This document shows, piece after piece, positions 1-9,508 of a stretch of 64,000 nt of DNA. The translations under genes were made by a program, and so were the position numbers. Location of the stretch: NCBI GenBank assembly GCA_964612415.1, contig CAZTCT010000002.1:13631-77630 (forward strand), given 5' to 3'. A model generated the notes under the pieces. It was not told the origin of the DNA, did not search any database, and saw nothing but the letters and a program-made list of their open reading frames with translations. Within the stretch, counting starts at the first letter, position 1; every line of letters begins with the position of its first letter. Origin of the DNA: an uncultured Candidatus Saccharibacteria bacterium. GTDB taxonomy: Bacteria; Patescibacteriota; Minisyncoccia; Phycocordibacterales; CAYRGE01.

Positions 1-132
1 CCCCCAGAAGGAGGCCTTGCCATAGGGCTAGAACGCCTTACAGCGCGTATTTTGGGCCTAGATAACGTGCGGGAGGCCACCCTCTTCCCAAGGGACATAA
101 ACCGCATAGACACCCTCCTTTCGCAGGAATAA
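1..132 (+). CDS. 3' end of a class II (IIb-like) aminoacyl-tRNA synthetase, partial at window edge
   Basis: Frame 1 reads PPEGGLAIGLERLTARILGLDNVREATLFPRD...QE*. This is the class II aaRS motif-3 pattern of the Asp/Asn/Lys-RS type; TAA at 130-132. Confidence 0.6.
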   Translation, partial: PPEGGLAIGLERLTARILGLDNVREATLFPRDINRIDTLLSQE

Positions 133-245
133 GGGCTAAATTGCCACCCCCCCCCTACTGAGGCAAATAGTCGGGGGAGGGGATATATAGGGAGAAAGGC
201 TTAAAACCCTTATTTTAAGCCATATTTTGGGCTTATCCCCATACT

Positions 246-310
246 TTTGAAATGTACGAGGTGGTTGGAAAAACGGCTCAACCGATCGGTTGAGCCGTTT
301 TTTGCCCCTT
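246..310. repeat. Repeat copy 1. Contains a 26-nt perfect palindrome ACGGCTCAACCGATCGGTTGAGCCGT (273..298) flanked by an A-run and a T-run, giving a bidirectional intrinsic terminator. Shares a 5' extension (aaatgtacgaggtggtt) with copy 2.
   Basis: Exact palindrome read directly; identical copies at 32041..32066 and 57583..57608. Confidence 0.85.
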
Positions 311-397
311 TATGACCCCCTTGGATAAAGAGGGGGGGGTAGGGTGTTTTTCACCTAAAAATGGGGCTTTTTGGGGCAAAAATGCTAGAATAGCCGC

Positions 398-1144
398 ATG
401 TTTGACGATGCTATCTATACCATCAAAACTGACGTTTTTGAGGGCCCCCTGGACATGCTTTTGGACCTCATAGAGAGGCGAAAACTGCTTATAAACGATA
501 TATCGCTTGCCAAAGTGGCGGATGACTATATTGCGTATGCCAAGAATCTTGAGCAATTTCCGACCGCGCAGGCGGCCGGCTTTTTGCTTGTGGCTTCTAC
601 GCTTGTGCTTATCAAATCAAAGTCACTTTTGCCGACGCTGTCTCTTTCGCCGGAAGAAGAAGGGAGTATCGCTGATCTTGAGCGAAGGCTCAAGATACTC
701 AAGCGTCTTCGTGAGGCAAGTTCCCATGTGAGACGCACCTTTGGCGCAGCGCCACTATTTTTCCGTACACAAGGCGGATTTTCTGAGCCTGTCTTTGCGC
801 CACATGAGAGTATGACCGTCTCAAATCTTGCAGAAGCAATGAATGGAATGGTTGCGCGCTTCCCGCGAAAAGAATTTATCCCAGAGGCAGTGGTGCGCAA
901 AGTTGTAAGCATTGAAGAGATGATAGACAACTTGATGGATCGTGTACGCGAGACAATGCAGATGAGCTTTAAAGAATTCTCAAACAAAACCAAGCGCACG
1001 GATGCAACAGTCAAAGAGGAGCGTCTGCACATGATCGTGAGCTTTCTTGCGATGCTTGAGCTCGTGAAGCAGGGCTCACTCATGGCGCGACAAGATGATA
1101 GATTCGCAGATATTTTGCTGGAACCCGAACAGACAGTACAATAA
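398..1144 (+). CDS. scpA: Segregation and condensation protein A (ScpA kleisin)
   Basis: N-term MFDDAIYTIKTDVFEGPLDMLLDLIERRKL matches the ScpA signature; followed by scpB. Confidence 0.9.
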   Translation: MFDDAIYTIKTDVFEGPLDMLLDLIERRKLLINDISLAKVADDYIAYAKNLEQFPTAQAAGFLLVASTLVLIKSKSLLPTLSLSPEEEGSIADLERRLKILKRLREASSHVRRTFGAAPLFFRTQGGFSEPVFAPHESMTVSNLAEAMNGMVARFPRKEFIPEAVVRKVVSIEEMIDNLMDRVRETMQMSFKEFSNKTKRTDATVKEERLHMIVSFLAMLELVKQGSLMARQDDRFADILLEPEQTVQ

Positions 1145-1152
1145 CAATCATT

Positions 1153-1734
1153 ATGCAGACAAGCGCGCACATAGAAGCAATACTTTTTTACAAAGCGGCA
1201 CCCGTGGGCGTGTCTGAACTTGCGCGCATACTTGGAGTGAGCGAAGACGAGATCGCAAATGGACTCAATGAGCTTGAGGCAAATCTCGCGACGCGCGGTG
1301 TTCGTCTCTTGCGAAAAGGAGACGAGGTTTTGCTCGGTACCGCACCCGACGCAAGTGCCCAGATAGAGGCTTTAATTAAAGACGAATTGGCAAAAGACCT
1401 CGGCAAAGCAGGACTCGAGACACTCTCTATCGTCTTGTACCGCGGGCCAATCTCGCGTGCCGATATTGACTACATTCGCGGAGTAAACTCAACATTTGTT
1501 CTGCGAAATTTGCTCATTCGTGGGCTAGTAGAGCGCGTGGCGCATCCAACAGATCAACGTGCGTACCTATACCAAGCAACGTTTGAACTACTTGGGTATC
1601 TGGGAGTGACTCGCATTGAAGAGCTTCCGGAGTATACTGAAGTAAACAGTGAGATCAATGCGCTCTACGACCGACGCGCAGCCGAAGAAGCAGCGAGTGT
1701 AACTCCCGACGAACAGGAAAATGCCACCCAATAA
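1153..1734 (+). CDS. scpB: Segregation and condensation protein B (ScpB)
   Basis: HIEAILFYKAAPVGVSELARILGVSEDEI and LSIVLYRGPISRADIDYIRG winged-helix repeats typical of ScpB; 8 nt after scpA. Confidence 0.9.
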   Translation: MQTSAHIEAILFYKAAPVGVSELARILGVSEDEIANGLNELEANLATRGVRLLRKGDEVLLGTAPDASAQIEALIKDELAKDLGKAGLETLSIVLYRGPISRADIDYIRGVNSTFVLRNLLIRGLVERVAHPTDQRAYLYQATFELLGYLGVTRIEELPEYTEVNSEINALYDRRAAEEAASVTPDEQENATQ

Positions 1735-2713
1735 AAATCTTTCAGACAAGCTAATAATGATCCGGAAAGTGATGTCTGCTACTGCTATCGTGGCCTTTGT
1801 CGCAACGCTCGTCACGTGGGCTGGGCAGATGCGCTACGCAGAACCGGAAGGACAACATGCGCAAGCGCTTGCGACTACTACTCCCGCACAAGCGATTGAT
1901 TATTTTGCAGGAGCTTCTCATTCGATTGTTGCGAAAGCGGCGTATGTCAAAGATACGTCTGACGGACGCGTGTTGTACGAACAAGATGCCTCCGAACAGC
2001 TACCACTTGCGTCACTCACAAAGATCATGACTGCGATTGTGGCGATTGATACGCTCCCTTCATCGCTTGTGGTTGAAATTGCACCAGAAGACCTTTTGGA
2101 GGATGGAGATTCGGGTCTTTTTGCATATGAACGGTGGAGGCTTACAGATCTCCTTGATTACACCCTAATGGTCTCATCAAATGATGGCGCGCATGCCATT
2201 GCGCGTACCGCAGGGATGCGACTACTTAATACAAGTGCGACTACTTCAGACCCAGTGAAGATATTTGTGGAGCATATGAATGCCAAGGCGCGCGAAATCG
2301 GGCTTGAGCATACGTATTTCTTGAATCCGACAGGGCTTGATGTTGACTCGGGTGTAAGTGGAGCATATGGGACGGCTGCCGATGTCGCCAGACTCGCGAC
2401 GTATGCCATGGTCTCGTATCCGGGAGTTTTTGACTCAACAACCCGCGCAACGGAGAATTTTGAATCTATGAGTGGCTTCACTCATGTGGCCACTAATACG
2501 CACGCACTGCCCAATACAGTGTCTGGGATTGCTGTCTCAAAGACGGGCTATACGGACCTGGCGGGAGGAAATCTTGTGGTGGTATTTGAGGTTGCGCCGC
2601 TGCATCCAATCGTCGCCGTAGCGCTTGGCTCCACAGAGGATGAACGGTTTACGGATATTTATACGCTCGCCGATGCCGCCATACGATCTTTTAGCGGGAA
2701 GAGCGGAGAATAG
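1721..2713 (+). CDS. dacA: D-alanyl-D-alanine carboxypeptidase (S11 serine peptidase, PBP5-like)
   Basis: SLTK (SxxK) active-site motif, SxN (VSSND) and KTG motifs; N-terminal TM. Start may be the internal Met at about 1757. Confidence 0.8.
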   Translation: MPPNKNLSDKLIMIRKVMSATAIVAFVATLVTWAGQMRYAEPEGQHAQALATTTPAQAIDYFAGASHSIVAKAAYVKDTSDGRVLYEQDASEQLPLASLTKIMTAIVAIDTLPSSLVVEIAPEDLLEDGDSGLFAYERWRLTDLLDYTLMVSSNDGAHAIARTAGMRLLNTSATTSDPVKIFVEHMNAKAREIGLEHTYFLNPTGLDVDSGVSGAYGTAADVARLATYAMVSYPGVFDSTTRATENFESMSGFTHVATNTHALPNTVSGIAVSKTGYTDLAGGNLVVVFEVAPLHPIVAVALGSTEDERFTDIYTLADAAIRSFSGKSGE

Positions 2714-2767
2714 CGATATACCCAGGTTTAAAGGGGAGGCACAAATTTTCGGCTATAATAGACCACA

Positions 2768-3820
2768 ATGATTCTCGATGTTGTTAAAGTATTTCTTCCG
2801 ACGGTACTTGCATTCGGCGTGGGCATAGCCATTACCCCTGTACTGACACATTATTTGTATAAGTACAAAATGTGGAAGAAAAAAGCGCGTAATGAGGCGC
2901 TCGGCGGAGGAAGTACTCCAATATTCAACCAGCTCCACAAAGAAAAGGAGGTGGGGACACCACGCATGGGTGGTGTGGTCATTTGGGCAAGTGCGCTTGT
3001 GGTATCGCTCGGGTTCTTTCTTGCCGCAGCACTTTCCTCAAGTGACCTGATGGACAAGTTAAATTTTTTGAGTCGAGAACAGACGTGGCTTCCGCTATTT
3101 ACGCTTATCATCGCGTCACTCGTGGGCCTATTGGATGACTTTTTGCAAGTGCAGGGCAGGGGCGGGTATGTTGCGGGAGGGTTATCGCTCACACTGCGGA
3201 TTTTTATTGTATTTGTGATCGGGATCGTGGCAGGGTGGTGGTTTTTTGACAAGCTTGATGTCTCGACAATCTATGTTCCTTTTGTGGGGGATTTCTCTCT
3301 GGGGATACTTATGATCCCATTTTTTGCGATTGTCATGCTCGCGCTCTTCTCTGGCGGAGTGATTGATGGGCTCGATGGACTCTCGGGTGGAGTCATGGCA
3401 ACTATATTTTCTGCATATGCAACCATCGCCTTTTTCAATAACCAGATAGATTTGGCTGCATTTTGCGCCGTTGTAGCTGGGGCGACACTTGCGTTTTTGT
3501 GGTTTAATATCCCACCCGCGCGCTTCTACATGACTGAAACGGGTATACTTGGACTTACTACCACGCTTGCGGTCGTCGCATTCCTCACACAGTCAGTGCT
3601 TGTGCTACCAATTATTGCTTTCCCATTATTTGCCGCGTCTGGTTCAGTAATCATCCAACAATTATCAAAAAAGTTTAGGGGCAAAAAAGTATTTCTTGTT
3701 GCGCCGATACACCACCACTTTGAAGCACTTGGATGGCCGTCATACAAGGTCACTATGCGCTTTTGGATCATATCTGTGGTATGCGCCATATTAGGAGTTG
3801 TCATTGCACTTGCCGGATAG
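2768..3820 (+). CDS. mraY: Phospho-N-acetylmuramoyl-pentapeptide transferase MraY
   Basis: Polytopic membrane protein with a conserved APIHHHFE motif. Confidence 0.92.
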   Translation: MILDVVKVFLPTVLAFGVGIAITPVLTHYLYKYKMWKKKARNEALGGGSTPIFNQLHKEKEVGTPRMGGVVIWASALVVSLGFFLAAALSSSDLMDKLNFLSREQTWLPLFTLIIASLVGLLDDFLQVQGRGGYVAGGLSLTLRIFIVFVIGIVAGWWFFDKLDVSTIYVPFVGDFSLGILMIPFFAIVMLALFSGGVIDGLDGLSGGVMATIFSAYATIAFFNNQIDLAAFCAVVAGATLAFLWFNIPPARFYMTETGILGLTTTLAVVAFLTQSVLVLPIIAFPLFAASGSVIIQQLSKKFRGKKVFLVAPIHHHFEALGWPSYKVTMRFWIISVVCAILGVVIALAG

Positions 3821-4925
3821 TGCCATGTTGAAGCGCCATCATGTAGACACGTTTTTTCTGGGTATTGTAGTTTTGCTTATTGTCGTCGGCTTTTTGATAT
3901 TTCTCTCAGCGTCCCTGGGGCTCTTGGCGCGCGATGGCGCAACATATTCATCCGTTGCGTTGCGGCAGGTCGTTCTCGGCATCATTTTAGGCTGCGCTGG
4001 TATGTTCGCAACAGCAAAGATGAATTACCAAATCTGGAGAAAATACTCCCCATATTTTTTCCTCATTGCATTGATCAGTACCGCACTTGTCTTTGTCCCT
4101 GGGATCGGACTTGAACATGGAGGTGCTACACGATGGATTGATCTCAAGTTTATTACCTTTCAGCCGGCTGAAATATTAAAACTTGCTGCGGTAGTGTATC
4201 TTGCCGCTATCTTTTCGGGGTCAAAAGTAGACATGAAGGCCTTTGGGCGCGGGCCTATGTTTACGCTTATAGTCATTGGACTTTCGGGATTCATGCTCGC
4301 ACTGCAACCCGACTTTGGGACATTGCTCGTGATATCCATAGCCGCACTAGGCGTACTTGTCGCTGCTGGGGCGAAATGGCGACACCTTGGGGCCATATTG
4401 CTTATGCTCTTCCTTGCCGCAGCTGTGGTTGTGGCGACAAAGCCCTATGTACTTGATCGCTTCACCACATTCCTCTCTCCAGAACACGATACGAGTGGGT
4501 CATCATATCAAGTGTCGCAGTCTTTGATCGCAATTGGCTCAGGTGAATTGACCGGGCGCGGATTTGGTCAGAGTGTGCAGAAGTTTCAATTCCTTCCAGA
4601 GCCGACAGGCGACTCGGTATTTGCCGTTGCAAGCGAGGAGTTCGGCTTCATTGGCGCAATGACGCTCATTGTACTGTATCTCATGTTCGCATTTAGGGGA
4701 TTGGCGATCGCACACAATGCTGCAGATAAATTTGGCGGACTACTTGTTGTAGGCATTGTGATACTTGTGGTTGCGCAGTCATTTATAAATATTGCGTCAA
4801 TGCTTGGTCTTTTCCCACTCACAGGAATGCCACTTCTATTTGTAAGTCAAGGTGGCACAGCACTCTTCTTTACTCTAGTGGAGATTGGTATAATTTTGAA
4901 TGTCTCACGAAATATCATAAAATAA
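3798..4925 (+). CDS. ftsW: SEDS-family peptidoglycan glycosyltransferase FtsW/RodA
   Basis: 10-TM protein with FLPEPTGDSVFAV..EEFGFIGA motifs; sits between mraY and murG. Start may be Met at about 3825. Confidence 0.88.
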   Translation: MSLHLPDSAMLKRHHVDTFFLGIVVLLIVVGFLIFLSASLGLLARDGATYSSVALRQVVLGIILGCAGMFATAKMNYQIWRKYSPYFFLIALISTALVFVPGIGLEHGGATRWIDLKFITFQPAEILKLAAVVYLAAIFSGSKVDMKAFGRGPMFTLIVIGLSGFMLALQPDFGTLLVISIAALGVLVAAGAKWRHLGAILLMLFLAAAVVVATKPYVLDRFTTFLSPEHDTSGSSYQVSQSLIAIGSGELTGRGFGQSVQKFQFLPEPTGDSVFAVASEEFGFIGAMTLIVLYLMFAFRGLAIAHNAADKFGGLLVVGIVILVVAQSFINIASMLGLFPLTGMPLLFVSQGGTALFFTLVEIGIILNVSRNIIK

Positions 4926-4932
4926 TCTCAAT

Positions 4933-6060
4933 ATGCTACGCGTACTTTTTACAGGAAGTGGTGGAGGAGGGCACTTTTATCCCGTTATTGCGATCGTTCA
5001 ACAACTCAACGAACGTATTGATAAAGAAAAGCTCGTGAATGTTGAGCTTTATTATATGGCAGATTCTGTGCTAGACGAGCGGCTGCTTTTTGAGAACAAT
5101 GTGAAGTTCAAGAAAGTTCCAACGGGAAAACTGCGTGGCTATTTCTCTATTCAGAATTTTATTGATGTCTTTAAAACATTTGCTGCACTATTTAAAGCGG
5201 TCGGACAAATGTACTCTTTGTACCCTGACGTTGTTGTGGGGAAGGGGGGTTATGGGAGCTTACCAGCATTATTTGCGGCACGCTTTTTGCGCATACCAGT
5301 CATCATACACGAATCGGACACGGTCCCCGGGAAGGTGAATAAATGGGCGGGTAAGTTTGCGGAGCGAATCGCTGTGTCGTATCCGTCAGCTGCTGAATAT
5401 TTCCCAAAGGAAAAAGTTGCACTTACTGGACAGCCCATACGCCGTGAAATCCTTTATCCTCGTAAAGAAGGTGCAGGAGCTGCCTTTTTACTTGAACCGG
5501 GTACACCAACACTCCTTGTGCTTGGAGGATCTCAAGGTGCTCAGATGATCAACGAGGCCCTTATGCAGGTCATCCCAGGTCTCTTAGAGCGATTTCAGAT
5601 CATCCACCAGACGGGCTCTGAAAATTATGCAGCGGTGACGCAAATGGCAGGAGCGATGCTTGAGAATCATCAGTACAAAGCACGATATCATCCCATGCCA
5701 TTTCTTGATGATATGAAACTGCAACTTGCAGCTGGAGCAGCTACCCTTGTCTTGTCGCGCGCGGGCTCAACGATATTTGAGATTGCTGCGTGGGGACTTC
5801 CGTCTATTGTGGTTCCCATCACAAAATCAAATGGAGACCACCAGCGAAAGAATGCTTTTGCATATGCGCGCGCAGGAGCATGCGAGGTCATTGAGGAAGC
5901 CAATCTAAGTGCAAATATTCTTGCCTCCGAGATAACCCGACTCATGGATGATGGCGAAGAGCGTAAGCGCATGAGTGACGCTGCGAAGAATTTTGCGAAA
6001 TACGACGCAGCAGAGAAAATAGCTGACGCGGTTACCGAGATACTGGTTAAGCACCACTAA
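4933..6060 (+). CDS. murG: Undecaprenyl-PP-MurNAc-pentapeptide-UDPGlcNAc GlcNAc transferase MurG
   Basis: FTGSGGGGHFYP N-terminal G-loop, GT28 family; mraY-ftsW-murG order. Confidence 0.9.
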   Translation: MLRVLFTGSGGGGHFYPVIAIVQQLNERIDKEKLVNVELYYMADSVLDERLLFENNVKFKKVPTGKLRGYFSIQNFIDVFKTFAALFKAVGQMYSLYPDVVVGKGGYGSLPALFAARFLRIPVIIHESDTVPGKVNKWAGKFAERIAVSYPSAAEYFPKEKVALTGQPIRREILYPRKEGAGAAFLLEPGTPTLLVLGGSQGAQMINEALMQVIPGLLERFQIIHQTGSENYAAVTQMAGAMLENHQYKARYHPMPFLDDMKLQLAAGAATLVLSRAGSTIFEIAAWGLPSIVVPITKSNGDHQRKNAFAYARAGACEVIEEANLSANILASEITRLMDDGEERKRMSDAAKNFAKYDAAEKIADAVTEILVKHH

Positions 6061-6098
6061 TTACCAGCAAAAAACTATGGTAAAATGGGCCTATTCTT

Positions 6099-7421
6099 AT
6101 GAAAGATAAGCCTGTCATTACCCGATTTGCTCCGTCGCCAACTGGAGTCCTGCATGTAGGAAGCGCACGAACCGCTCTCTTTAATTATTTGTACGCAAAA
6201 AAGACCGGAGGGCGCTCAATCCTGCGCATTGAAGATACCGACAAAGAGCGTTCTAAGCCAGAGTTTGAAGAAGACATAAAGGAAGGACTTGCCTGGCTTG
6301 GTATTACATATGATGAGTTCTACCGGCAGAGTGAACGCGAGGCTGTGTACGCTAAGCATATTCAAAAATTGATTGATACCGGGCATGCCTACATCTCTCA
6401 AGAGGAGGTGAAGGAGGAGGGACAGCGAGCTGAGGTGATTAGATTTAAAAACCCCAACCAAAAGGTTTCTTTTGATGATATTGTGCGCGGAACGATAGAG
6501 TTTGATACGACTGACCTTGGAGATTTTGTCATCGCAAAATCACTTACAGAGCCACTGTATCACTTGGCAGTAGTGGTGGATGATTTTGTTATGGGAGTGA
6601 CGCACATCATTCGTGGAGAGGATGGGATTTCAAATACTCCTCGGCAGATTTTGATCCAAGAAGCGCTCGGGGCACCGCGCCCAGTATATGCGCACATACC
6701 ACTCATTCTTGCTCCAGACCGCTCCAAGCTCTCTAAGCGGCATGGCGCTCAGTCCATCCTTGAATATAGAAATGAAGGATATCTTCCGGAAGCAATCGTA
6801 AACTTCTTGGCGCTTATAGGCTGGAATCCAGGAGACGAGAGGGAAGTATTCACACTCGCAGAACTTGTAACAGAATTTTCACTTGAACGCATAAATAAAT
6901 CAGGAGCAATTTTTAATGCAGAAAAATTGCTCTGGATCAATAAAGAGCACTTGAAGCGTTTGCCCGAATCAGAAATTATTGAACGCATTCAAGGTGCTCT
7001 GGGTGTATCGCAAGACATGGCAACGAGACTCATGCCGATAGTTTTGGAGCGCATTTCCAGCTGGAAGGAGTTTGATCAACTTGTGAATGATGGAGACTTC
7101 TCATATGTGAATGCGCAGCCTGAATATGAGACGAACAAGCTCCTTTGGAAAGATGAGCCAGATACTCAAAAGACCGCCTTGCGGCTTAAGCATATAGTTG
7201 AAACTTTGACGGGTATTGATAGTGACAGCTTTCACGCAGACACAGTAAAGACAGCTATCTGGGATTATGCCACCACTGAAGGGCGTGGGACCGTGCTCTG
7301 GCCTATGCGATATGCATTGTCAGGCAAAGAAAAATCTCCAGACCCCTTTGTCCTCGCTGAATTATTGGGCAAAGACGAGTCTATCAATAGAATTAACGTA
7401 GCAATCAGTAAATTAAGTTAA
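6099..7421 (+). CDS. gltX: Glutamyl-tRNA synthetase
   Basis: HVGSARTALFNY (HIGH-like) and KLSKRHG (KMSKS) class I motifs of GluRS. Confidence 0.9.
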   Translation: MKDKPVITRFAPSPTGVLHVGSARTALFNYLYAKKTGGRSILRIEDTDKERSKPEFEEDIKEGLAWLGITYDEFYRQSEREAVYAKHIQKLIDTGHAYISQEEVKEEGQRAEVIRFKNPNQKVSFDDIVRGTIEFDTTDLGDFVIAKSLTEPLYHLAVVVDDFVMGVTHIIRGEDGISNTPRQILIQEALGAPRPVYAHIPLILAPDRSKLSKRHGAQSILEYRNEGYLPEAIVNFLALIGWNPGDEREVFTLAELVTEFSLERINKSGAIFNAEKLLWINKEHLKRLPESEIIERIQGALGVSQDMATRLMPIVLERISSWKEFDQLVNDGDFSYVNAQPEYETNKLLWKDEPDTQKTALRLKHIVETLTGIDSDSFHADTVKTAIWDYATTEGRGTVLWPMRYALSGKEKSPDPFVLAELLGKDESINRINVAISKLS

Positions 7422-7424
7422 GTC

Positions 7425-8717
7425 ATGGGCTACAGGCGCTTTTTTACATACATACTACGAATCGTTTTGGTCACCGGCATTATTATTTTTGGCGGGCATT
7501 ATGCTTTGGCCGACACGGTTTCAGATCTTCAGCAAAAAATTTCTGCACAGAAGGGAAGTATTGAAGCCCTTGAAAAGGAGATAGCTCAATACGAGAAGGA
7601 TTTGGTTAATATTGGCAAGGAGAAGAACACCCTTAAAAATACTGTCCAGTCGCTTGAACTCAATCAGAAAAAACTTGAGACAGATATCAGTCTCACGGAA
7701 AATAAAATTGATGGAACAAATCTTGAGATAGAAAGACTTGGACTTGAGATCAATACAAAAGAGTCTGACATAGGCGACCAGCATACCGCCTTAGCCCAAA
7801 GTATGCGGCTTGTGAACGAAGTTGAAGAAACATCTCTCATTGAGGTTATGTTGTCAAATAATAGTCTTGCCGAGTTTCTTGGTGCCGTAGATCAATTGGC
7901 GCAATTGCAATCTCTCATGCAAGGTCATATCAGTGATTTGCGTGATGCAAAGACCGACCTGGAAGGAAAGGTGACTGAGAGCCAAAAAAAGAAAGCGGAA
8001 TTGGTGTCACTCACCAACAAACTCTCAGACCAAAAGCAGATCGTAGTTATTAACAAAAATCAACAGCAATCTCTCCTCAAAGATACACAAAATAAAGAGT
8101 CTCAGTATCAAGCAACTCTAACGAGCAAGAAGAAGCTCAAAGAAGCGTTTGAGCAAGAGCTTCTTGATTATGAATCGCAGCTCAAGATCGCGATTGATCT
8201 GAGTCAGCTTCCGAGCAGGGGTACTGCGGTGCTTTCGTGGCCACTAGCCAAGATCCAGATCACGCAATTCTTTGGTGACACAGAATTCTCGCGAACAGGC
8301 GCGTATAATGGAAAGGGGCATAACGGTATTGACCTCGGGGCGTCAATCGGCACGCCGCTTATGGCGGCTGCGGAGGGTACCGTGGTGGGTACAGGAGATA
8401 CCGATTTGGCGTGTCCTGGAGCTTCCTATGGTCGCTGGGTGCTTATCCAGCATAAGAATGGGCTCTCTACGCTCTATGGGCATCTTTCCCTCATTAAAGT
8501 ATCCAGCGGGGACACAGTGAGCCGCGGCAGTATAATTGGATATAGTGGCAACACAGGATATACCACAGGCCCACACCTGCACTTTACCGTTTTTGCGACT
8601 CAAGGTGTCCAGGTAGGACAATTGAAAAGCAAAGTTTGCAGCGCAACATACACACTGCCGCTTGCATCGCTCAACGCATATCTAAACCCGATGGATTATC
8701 TACCTCCAGCACCATAA
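7425..8717 (+). CDS. M23 (LytM-type) peptidoglycan endopeptidase with N-terminal coiled coil (EnvC-like architecture)
   Basis: Long Q/K/E-rich coiled coil followed by HNGIDLGA (HxxxD) and HLHF (HxH) M23 metal motifs. Confidence 0.85.
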   Translation: MGYRRFFTYILRIVLVTGIIIFGGHYALADTVSDLQQKISAQKGSIEALEKEIAQYEKDLVNIGKEKNTLKNTVQSLELNQKKLETDISLTENKIDGTNLEIERLGLEINTKESDIGDQHTALAQSMRLVNEVEETSLIEVMLSNNSLAEFLGAVDQLAQLQSLMQGHISDLRDAKTDLEGKVTESQKKKAELVSLTNKLSDQKQIVVINKNQQQSLLKDTQNKESQYQATLTSKKKLKEAFEQELLDYESQLKIAIDLSQLPSRGTAVLSWPLAKIQITQFFGDTEFSRTGAYNGKGHNGIDLGASIGTPLMAAAEGTVVGTGDTDLACPGASYGRWVLIQHKNGLSTLYGHLSLIKVSSGDTVSRGSIIGYSGNTGYTTGPHLHFTVFATQGVQVGQLKSKVCSATYTLPLASLNAYLNPMDYLPPAP

Positions 8718-8725
8718 ACATTTAT

Positions 8726-9019
8726 ATGAATACAAGAAAGGGATTAGTCGGACTGGTCATTGTTTTAGTCACAGGAATTGTCATTTTGGCCTATGTGGGT
8801 ATCACATATAGTGATATTGAGCAGTCTGGGCCATTTCAATGGATATTGAGCTTCACTAAGCATGTGTGGGAAGCATATCTCGTGCCAGGTGCATCATGGA
8901 TCTGGCAACATGTGGTCATTGGTATCGTCGTTCCCGCATTTGCAAAATTTTTTGGAGGGAATGAGTCATCCATTATAGAAACAGCCACGTCTACGGCATC
9001 TACAACATCAGCGATATGA
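8726..9019 (+). CDS. Small membrane protein (one N-terminal TM, S/T-rich C-terminus), hypothetical
   Basis: ORF-track start at 8636 (TTG) overlaps the M23 gene; the in-frame ATG at 8726 (MNTRKGLVGLVIVLV...) is more plausible. The stop overlaps the next ATG (ATGA). Confidence 0.55.
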   Translation: MNTRKGLVGLVIVLVTGIVILAYVGITYSDIEQSGPFQWILSFTKHVWEAYLVPGASWIWQHVVIGIVVPAFAKFFGGNESSIIETATSTASTTSAI

Positions 9020-9426
9020 GAATCTTCGTGTGTGCGAGCAAATCTTTCTACCCACAAGCAAGGTCAATTATTGATACCTTGCAGGAGCTTGAGCACGTTG
9101 TTACGCCTCCAAATGGCTTTAATGAGCCTGAGATGGAACAGCAGATGAAGGATATGCCGCACAATGAGTACCTTGCATGGAAAAGAGCTATGTTCAAGCA
9201 AGACGCCGTACATATAGAGGCCAACGATGGGATATTGGTCCTGAACCTAGAAAAAGGAGGTAAAAAGAATTATATTGGCGGCGCAACATTTTTAGAAATA
9301 TTTAAGGCGTGGGAACTAGGGAAGAAAATATTTTTATACAATCCAATTCCTGAAGGAATACTTGCTGATGAATTAATAGGGATGGGCCCGATTATCCTTA
9401 ATGGCAATTTGCAGAATATACGGTAG
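9016..9426 (+). CDS. Nucleoside 2-deoxyribosyltransferase-like (NDT/Rossmann-like fold) protein
   Basis: MRIFVCASKSF N-terminus and GGATFLEIFKAWELGKKIF resemble the NDT-family G/DxGTxxExG...LGKP catalytic-Glu region (recalled motif). Confidence 0.5.
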   Translation: MRIFVCASKSFYPQARSIIDTLQELEHVVTPPNGFNEPEMEQQMKDMPHNEYLAWKRAMFKQDAVHIEANDGILVLNLEKGGKKNYIGGATFLEIFKAWELGKKIFLYNPIPEGILADELIGMGPIILNGNLQNIR

Positions 9427-9508
9427 GAGGGCCTATTGTCCCTATAGTGATACGTCGGAAAATGTATATTGTGCGACATTAGTATTGTTGGCCACAAGGC
9501 TCTTCCCC

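Noticed and set aside
278-556. 92-aa minus-strand ORF spanning the repeat/terminator and the scpA start
   Set aside because: Runs through a perfect palindrome terminator and the scpA promoter; opposite a well-supported gene start. An artefact of the stop-free palindrome.
526-1170. 214-aa ORF antisense to scpA
   Set aside because: Ser/Arg/Cys-rich low-complexity translation fully antisense to a confidently identified scpA; typical shadow ORF.
8636-8725. TTG-initiated 5' extension of the small membrane protein ORF
   Set aside because: The extension lies wholly inside the M23 peptidase gene in another frame. The in-frame ATG at 8726 begins a typical TM protein right after the M23 stop.
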